The translations under genes were made by a program, and so were the position numbers. The notes under the pieces were generated by a model that saw nothing but the letters and a program-made list of their open reading frames with translations, had not been told where the DNA came from and did not search any database. Source: Macrostomum lignano (taxonomy: Eukaryota). From it: DNA of 64,000 bases. Below, in pieces: positions 55,855 to 64,000 of this stretch. Each line of letters begins with the position of its first letter. Within the stretch, counting starts at the first letter, position 1. The DNA lies in contig NIVC01000874.1 in NCBI GenBank assembly GCA_002269645.1, forward strand, positions 124,001 to 188,000. Direction: 5' to 3'.

Positions 55855-56334
55855 AGGTGAAGTACTAGCCTACTTATAGTAGGACAAGCGCGCATGTTTC
55901 TCCGCGATGAACAGAAATATTTTAACTTTTAAAACTGGAATATGGGTTATTAGCTGACTTAATTGTTAAACAGTGTTATGAAATCTTTCAGTGCAGTAGA
56001 ATCACGCAGTTTTCACATCTAATTTGATAGCGTCATTACTAAACTAATTGAATTTTTATCTTTGTCATTTTTTGTGAATATTCTCTATTAGCTTTGTTCC
56101 CCTCACTCTAACATTCTCGTTGCGGAGCAAATTCTGCTATTCATACTACTCCCCCTTGTCAGTATTCAGTACTGCACGTATCCATTTTTTACTTTGATTG
56201 TGGTTCCGAGCTGTCTCCTCCTGCCTGCCAAATACAAAATAAATTTTTGGATGGAAATTCTTCCTCAGCCAATCAAATGTCAATCAACTGCTGTTTCGGA
56301 TTGTCAGTTTCTAGATCGCATATTGGGGTGCACA

Positions 56335-58700
56335 GGGGCCCTGACTTTCTAATCATCAGGCATGTACACTCTGTGCCTCGGGGGGGGGGGCTGACTTTCT
56401 AATCATCAGGCATGTACACTCTGTGCCTCGGGGGGGCCTGACTTTCTAATCATCAGGCATGTACACTCTGTGCCTCGGGGGGGCCTGACTTTCTAATCAT
56501 CAGGCATGTACACTCTGTGCCTCGGGGGGGGGGCCTGACTTTCTAATCATCAGGCATGTACACTCTGTGCCTCGGGGGGGGGCCTGACTTTCTAATCATC
56601 AGGCATGTACACTCTGTGCCTCGGGGGGGGGCTGACTTTCTAATCATCAGGCATGTACACTCTGTGCCTCGGGGGGGGGGCCTGACTTTCTAATCATCAG
56701 GCATGTACACTCTGTGCCTCGGGGGGGGGCTGACTTTCTAATCATCAGGCATGTACACTCTGTGCCTCGGGGGGGGGCTGACTTTCTAATCATCAGGCAT
56801 GTACACTCTGTGCCTCGGGGGGGGCCTGACTTTCTAATCATCAGGCATGTACACTCTGTGCCTCGGGGGGGGGCCTGACTTTCTAATCATCAGGCATGTA
56901 CACTCTGTGCCTCGGGGGGGGCTGACTTTCTAATCATCAGGCATGTACACTCTGTGCCTCGGGGGGCCCTGACTTTCTAATCATCAGGCATGTACACTCT
57001 GTGCCTCGGGGGGGGCCTGACTTTCTAATCATCAGGCATGTACACTCTGTGCCTCGGGGGGCCCTGACTTTCTAATCATCAGGCATGTACACTCTGTGCC
57101 TCGGGGGGGGGCTGACTTTCTAATCATCAGGCATGTACACTCTGTGCCTCGGGGGGCCCTGACTTTCTAATCATCAGGCATGTACACTCTGTGCCTCGGG
57201 GGGGCCTGACTTTCTAATCATCAGGCATGTACACTCTGTGCCTCGGGGGGGGCCCTGACTTTCTAATCATCAGGCATGTACACTCTGTGCCTCGGGGGGC
57301 CCTGACTTTCTAATCATCAGGCATGTACACTCTGTGCCTCGGGGGGGGGCCTGACTTTCTAATCATCAGCATGTACACTCTGTGCCTCGGGGGGGGCCCT
57401 GACTTTCTAATCATCAGCATGTACACTCTGTGCCTCGGGGGGGGGCCCTGACTTTCTAATCATCAGGCATGTACACTCTGTGCCTCGGGGGGCCCTGACT
57501 TTCTAATCATCAGGCATGTACACTCTGTGCCTCGGGGGGGCCCTGACTTTCTAATCATCAGGCATGTACACTCTGTGCCTCCCGGGGGGGGGCCCTGACT
57601 TTCTAATCATCAGGCATGTACACTCTGTGCCTCGGGGGGGGCCCTGACTTTCTAATCATCAGGCATGTACACTCTGTGCCTCGGGGGGGGGGGCTCTGAC
57701 TTTCTAATCATCAGGCATGTACACTCTGTGCCTCGGGGGGCCCTGACTTTCTAATCATCAGGCATGTACACTCTGTGCCTCGGGGGGGGCCTGACTTTCT
57801 AATCATCAGGCATGTACACTCTGTGCCTCGGGGGGGGGGCTCTGACTTTCTAATCATCAGGCATGTACACTCTGTGCCTCGGGGGGCCCTGACTTTCTAA
57901 TCATCAGGCATGTACACTCTGTGCCTCGGGGGGGCCTGACTTTCTAATCATCAGGCATGTACACTCTGTGCCTCGGGGGGGGCTGACTTTCTAATCATCA
58001 GGCATGTACACTCTGTGCCTCGGGGGGCCCTGACTTTCTAATCATCAGGCATGTACACTCTGTGCCTCGGGGGGGCCTGACTTTCTAATCATCAGGCATG
58101 TACACTCTGTGCCTCGGGGGGGCCCTGACTTTCTAATCATCAGGCATGTACACTCTGTGCCTCGGGGGGCCCTGACTTTCTAATCATCAGGCATGTACAC
58201 TCTGTGCCTCGGGGGGGCCTGACTTTCTAATCATCAGCATGTACACTCTGTGCCTCGGGGGGGGGGCCCTGACTTTCTAATCATCAGCATGTACACTCTG
58301 TGCCTCGGGGGGGGGCCTGACTTTCTAATCATCAGGCATGTACACTCTGTGCCTCGGGGGGGCCCTGACTTTCTAATCATCAGGCATGTACACTCTGTGC
58401 CTCGGGGGGCCCTGACTTTCTAATCATCAGGCATGTACACTCTGTGCCTCGGGGGGGGGGCCTGACTTTCTAATCATCAGCATGTACACTCTGTGCCTCG
58501 GGGGGGGCCCTGACTTTCTAATCATCAGCATGTACACTCTGTGCCTCGGGGGGGGGCCTGACTTTCTAATCATCAGGCATGTACACTCTGTGCCTCGGGG
58601 GGGCCCTGACTTTCTAATCATCAGGCATGTACACTCTGTGATTCGGGGGGGGCCCTAACTTTCTAATCATCAGGCATGTACACTCTGTGCCTCGGGGGGT
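56335..58700. repeat. ~47-51 bp minisatellite (CTGACTTTCTAATCATCAGGCATGTACACTCTGTGCCTC + G6-11 run)
   Basis: About 48 tandem units differing mainly in poly-G length. Confidence 0.97.
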
Positions 58701-58978
58701 GGGGGGTGGACCGTCATGAGTGTGAATTGCACCACAAATGAATGTGTTTTCAACTTGCCGGTGGCTTTCGCAGACTGGGCCGGTGAGGCCGCTGCCGCCT
58801 CCCCTCCCCCCTAATGATCGACCCAAAAAATTGCGCATTTCCAAAGACTAAATGAAACGGCAAGCAGGTATATGCAAACCAAGCTCGGATGACAGGAGCT
58901 CAACTTTAACCACCTCTGGGACGTACACGTAGGAGACAAATGCATCCACCTTTTTAATGTTGAGGCAGGGGGCTGGGT

Positions 58979-59310
58979 TGTCACACAACCGGCGAGAGGC
59001 ATTACTCTCCATTCCACCGACTCCCCTGAGCAGGCACACAAGCGCGCGGATACGTACGCATTCATATGCACCGGCACACTCGCACAGGAGTGTACCGGCC
59101 CTAACTTATTGCAAGGACCACTAGTAGATAGTACTTAAGTAGTCCGTGACTTATTGTTTGGCATGTACGCTCGTACAAAGGGTGTTAATTGTTAAAGGAG
59201 AGCCAAGCCGAGAATTCGATCTAGTCCAAAAAATGAATTTGACTGCACTTGGAATCGAGCCTGGGCCGCTGGCACATCAGAGCGCCGCGCTTGACCACTG
59301 AGCTACGGCC
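58979..59310 (-). mobile_element. tRNA-derived SINE copy 2
   Basis: GGCCGTAGCTCAGTGG...GGCTCGATTCCAAGTGCAGTC head on the minus strand; shares GACTCCCCTGAGCAGGCACACAAGCG and GAGAGGCATTAC with copy 1. Confidence 0.75.
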
Positions 59311-61035
59311 GCACAACCCCAGTAGCGGCTCTGCAAGTCACGTGTGCAGAGTGCACATGCGCTGCAAAGCTTGCCTGCATGCATGCCGTTTGGTACAGGC
59401 TGGTGGTGAGTTTGAACAGACGATCGAGTCTCTGATGCGGCTTCTAACGTATCGTGTAGTTGCAAATTCATGCACGAGCTACTGTACACGTGTACATGTA
59501 TTTCTGACCCCTGAGCATGCACTCAAGGGTTTCTGACCCCATTATAATGTACATCCCATCGTCTGGCCGTCGTCTGCACCAGCGCGCCAGCACTAAAGGG
59601 GGGCGTCAGCATCAAAGGGATTAATAACGAATAGTCTAAGGTACATATATTCATTTAAAAAAATTTCTTTTGTGTTAATTTACATTACTATATACGAGTT
59701 CTTATGACTATAATAGTGCAGAGAGAGATTAGCTAAGAATTTAGAGAATATGACTCAGGTAAGCTCCATAATGTGCTTGCTTTGACAGTCACATGATCAG
59801 AGTGACCTTTAATTTATTTGATTGTCACATGGGTGACCGCTTGTTTGCTTGTCACATTGATCACACGGTAGTGATCGTTTATTTGACTCTCACATTTATT
59901 GTAGATTTGCTTTATTTAGAGACAACAAAGGCTTGGCCACCGGGCGGCCTTGAGCGCCAATATATATTTAGTAATCGATATTGCGTAGGTTGGAGTTGGG
60001 CCTGATAAACAAGAAGCCTGCAAACTGATTGGCTGCAGGGTGACGGGAAAGGCAGTGTACAACTGAGTGTCAGAGAGCTGAGCGGTGTACGACCAAAAAT
60101 AACTGGTCACACGACGATACGAGTGACCGTTTAGTTGACGGTCACATTGCATGGAGGGCCACACGAGTGACCGTTTATTGATGGGGTGGAGGGTCACACG
60201 TGTTGTTTTTTGATGATCAGAAAACAGTCAAACTGTGACCGTTACAATTTCACACGGGTACATGCATGGTGCGATTGCTCGCATAGTGCGAGAGCCATTC
60301 CTGCAGAACTGCTACAAGACTCAAACTTCTGCTCAAAACCCAGTCTCTTTAGCATGATGGGTGGAGATCCAGCTCACCCAGTACAGAAGCTTCACAGAGC
60401 ACAGCTGTTGGAACTTCAATGCTGCACAGATTAAAAGAAATAATCGAGTTTGTTGAAAACCAATTTTGCTGGCGCTAATAAACTTCGAGCGGCTATCAAC
60501 AATTAATATTCACGCATTTATTATCAATAAATTTAATTGGCATGCAGAGAAATTGTTTCAGCAGGCAGGAACAGAACGCATTGCTGGATACACGGGCGGC
60601 AGGGGGGCATGCTGCAATGGTTTTGAACAACTATCAAATAAAATAAAATTTGAAAAACGGGCAAAACAAAACCGGATTCAGCGAGCAGAAATACAGTACA
60701 GTATGCAGCGAGTCTGCTTCTTCTAGAAGAGGCAAAGAAGCAAGAGAAATAAAAACAAAATCGGTGGAAGCCAGGTTAATAATTCAGAAGAGAATATTAA
60801 AAAACAGCATCCAGTCCGACGCGATAAACAGATTCCCAAAACTGAAATCGGATAAAAAAGGAGGAAGCCGTGACAAGCCAAATTAAACCAGGCAAAACAG
60901 ATTCTCTTGGAGGCAATGAAAACAATTGTATAAAAATAGAGATAAAACGCTAGACATGCTACTCATGCGTGTAACAGCGACAATTTTTAATTTTGTTGTC
61001 CAAAACTTATACGAACTAAGAAATTCGGTTTGGTT

Positions 61036-63416
61036 TCAGCACCTTGTTTCGTAGAAGCCGCTCTTGCCGATGTACCGAACCCACTTGATGACGTCATGAT
61101 CCGAGTAGTTCAGCTTGGACTCGAACACCTTCAGGTAGCGGACTTTGAAGCCGGATGGAGCGAAGGGCACCTGCGGGAATTTCAGTGTGAGATTCCGATG
61201 CAAGTTTGGGATTCACATGCAGCTAATGTACATGGGATTCTAATGTACAGTGTGAGATTCCAGTGCAGCTGATGTAGTGTGGGATTCACATGCAGCTAAT
61301 GTACATGGGATTCTAATGTACAGTGTGAGATTCCAGTGCAGCTGATGTAGTGTGGGATTCCAGTGCAGCCAATGTACAGTGTGGGATTACAGTGCAGCCA
61401 ATGTACAGTGTGGGATTCCAATGTAGCTAATGTACAATGTGGAATTCCAATGTAGATAATGTACAGTGTGAATTCCAGTGTAGCTAATGTACAGTGTGGA
61501 ATTCCAATGTAGCTAATGTACAGTGTGGAATTCCAATGTAGCTAATGTACAGTGTGGAATTCCAATGTAGCTAATGTACAGTGTGAATTCCAGTGTAGCT
61601 AATGTACAGTGTGGAATTCCAATGTAGCTAATGTACAGTGTGGAATTCCAATGTAGCTAATGTACAGTGTGGGATTCCAGTGTAGCTAATGTACAGTGAG
61701 GGATTCCAGTGTAGTTAATGTACAGTGAGGGATTCCAGTGTAGCTAATGTACAGTGAGGGATTCCAGTGTAGTTAATGTACAGTGAGGGATTCCAGTGTA
61801 GCTAATGTACAGTGAGGGATTCCAGTGTAGCTAATGTACAGTGAGGGATTCCAGTGTTGCTAATGTACAGTGTGGGATTCCAGCAAGCAGTGATCCGACA
61901 TAGCCACCTCAAAGTTCATGGAGATGGGCGGTCGGGTCCACTTCTTGGCTTTGTCGGTGGAGCTGAGCATGTCGATCTCGGCGCTCAGCTGCAGCTCCTT
62001 CATGCCGCCCATCCGCTTGATCTTCCACACGATGGCGTTGTCAGAGGCCTTGTACCTGGCCCGGCCCTTCATGCACACCACCTGCACTCCGCTGGTGTTC
62101 AGCGGGGTGGGGATTCGAACCTCGACCTTCTGGGCCAGCAGGGACGGCTTGAAGTTGCTCTTCACCACCACCTTGACCTCCATGCCGGACCGGCCGGTCT
62201 CGCGCACCAACGGGATGACCCGGAACGGCAGGCTGATGTCCTTGGTGGTCCGGTAGGTCATGAGTTCGAACTCGCCGTCCGGCGGGATGAACGAGATGGA
62301 GTGCTCGGTGTCGAACTTGCTGAGCTTCACGCACTGGTGGAACTGGCAGTCGTCGATGGCGATGTGGCCGGACTTGCCCCCGCCGCCTCCCGAGGCTTCG
62401 CCGGCGCCGCCGCCGCGCCTGCTGTCCACCACGACCTTGTCGTTGATGCCGAACTTGCACTCGGGCATGCCGGACAGGTAGGACTTCATTCGGACACGGC
62501 CGGACACGTGGGCGGACAGCACCTGGCCCTGGGGCGACATCAGCAGGTTGACGGACTCGATCACGTCAAGGAACAGCTCGTTGCGCCGGTACTTGATGCC
62601 CTCCCGGCGCCAGGCGATCTGTCCCGTGACCTGCGGGATATTTAATGGTATACGGATGCTTGGGCGGTTGAAATTAATAGACAAAATAGAAGGCTGTCTA
62701 CGCAACGGAACGCTCACTACGTCAATTAAGGTTAGTTGAAGGTTCAAACATTAATATTAATAATCTCTGTGCAATACGTTAGTGAAGGCTCTCTACGTCA
62801 TTTAGGAATCTCAACGTTAGATAAGGATCCCTACGTTAACGAAGGTTCCCAAACTTAACTAAGAATGCCTACGTTAAAGACGGCTCACTTCGCTACGATA
62901 TCCTACGAGTACAATAAATAGTCGAGGCTCTCTACGTAAATGAAGTCTCCCCCACCCCACCTGATTGGTAATTCTCGTGGTCTCCTCCTTGGTCTGCGCC
63001 CTGACGCCCTGCTGGGTGATGTAGGTCTTCAGCACGCCCGTGTCGGTGTTCTGCGGGTAGCCATAGTCCAGCAGCTCGTCAAGCAGCTCGTAGATGAGCA
63101 CAAAGTTATTCTTGATGTTCTCCTCGTTGATCTTGCCGAAGTAGGACACCATGACTTCGATCATCTTGTAGAGAAACTGGAACACCAGCGATGCGCTGAC
63201 GTTCTTCTTGGCCACCGCGCACAGCCAGATGTTCGACCGCTTCACGTGGAAAAAGCTGGTGCGGCCGATGCTGCTGACTGGCGACCGCACCTGCTGCCTG
63301 GCGTGAATGACGTTCACCCTGAAGGCGTCCACCGCCTCGCGACCGATGTCGTCTCGGTAGACCCGCGAGATTAGCACCTCGCCTTTGTGGTTGTAGATGA
63401 ATAGGCCGCCTATCAT
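61036..63416 (-). CDS. AP2M1: AP-2 clathrin adaptor mu subunit; exons 62961-63416, 61908-62630, 61036-61170
   Basis: [25 protein letters not shown]...; [23 protein letters not shown]...[11 protein letters not shown]; [44 protein letters not shown]. Phase-0 GT/AG junctions. Confidence 0.98.
61190..61880. repeat. 29-bp minisatellite (AATGTACAGTGTGGAATTCCAATGTAGCT) in AP2M1 intron 2
   Basis: Tandem array filling most of the intron. Confidence 0.95.
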
Positions 63417-63661
63417 GGCTGAGCTGTGTGACACTGCCCTGCTCAGCTGGCAATTAACTAGTGCATGAATGCAACGGTACTAAATAAATAAATTTTTGTT
63501 AACATCCATAACAAAGGACAGAATAGCTAAGGGGTTGATATGCTCATATATACAATATGAGCATAGGGAATAAAATAGGGAATAGCCCAAATAGAGCACT
63601 AAGGATATATATATATTTAACAGGGTGCAGTAGCTTTGGGGTTAACAAGAATCATGCTTGG

Positions 63662-63812
63662 GCGCAACCTTAGGATTCACTCGGCCGTTTCTATTGGCAA
63701 CACACACATGTATGTCGCTATTGGACAGAATAGTAGTCACTGCTTTCAGCCAATAGCGACTTACATGTGTGTGTTGCCAATAGAAATGGCCGGGTGATTC
63801 CCAAGGTTGCGC
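63662..63812. repeat. Hairpin/MITE-like inverted repeat (~63-bp arms, ~25-bp spacer) upstream of AP2M1
   Basis: GCGCAACCTTAGGATTCACTCGGCCGTTTCTATTGGCAACACACACATGTATGTCGCTATTGG pairs with CCAATAGCGACTTACATGTGTGTGTTGCCAATAGAAATGGCCGGGTGATTCCCAAGGTTGCGC. Confidence 0.85.
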
Positions 63813-64000
63813 ATGTATGATGTCAAGAATGCAAACAAATTTTATACAAAACTATAGAATCAATAGACCTACCTATCCAAGGTTTGATATTATATATTTA
63901 TTGATTTGCTTGACAATTTATATTGAAATATATTATAACAATCTGGCTATTAAGCATTATTGAAGATTATAAGCATAAAGACATAACAAGACAGGTACTG

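Noticed and set aside
61854-63374. Plus-strand ORFs overlapping AP2M1 (and similar antisense ORFs over polycystin and SLC38A9 exons)
   Set aside because: Shadow ORFs from GC3-rich codon usage on the opposite strand.

Overview
Eukaryotic (invertebrate animal) genomic DNA: GT-AG introns, GC-rich exons and introns packed with minisatellites. The style resembles a Macrostomum-type flatworm, which is inference only. Four spliced genes are supported. (1) A very large polycystin-1-like gene on the minus strand, probably ~34112 to 3263: signal peptide, F5/8C, C-type lectin, PKD/REJ, GAIN/GPS, PLAT, 11-TM channel region. (2) RPL27A (-). (3) SLC38A9 (+). (4) AP2M1 (-). The putative ~14 kb intron of the polycystin gene is a nest of mobile elements: a piggyBac fold-back derivative, a decayed Gypsy pol, a decayed BEL/Pao pol, an RTE-like endonuclease fragment, and a 2.5 kb Polinton/Maverick-type element. 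That element has AGTAGT termini, ~190 bp TIRs and a perfect 6 bp TSD. It has no replication or capsid genes and instead carries a PC4-like ORF and a RING + extended-Tudor gene; it is the most interesting object in the window. Other highlights are two homologous 107-nt, apparently mutually exclusive TM6 exons in SLC38A9, a triplicated splice acceptor in the same gene, and a decayed ubiquitin-specific-protease frame with possible tyrosine-recombinase motifs (Crypton-like) next to a 160-bp tandem array. All exon boundaries were read by eye, and frameshifts in homopolymers could be assembly errors.
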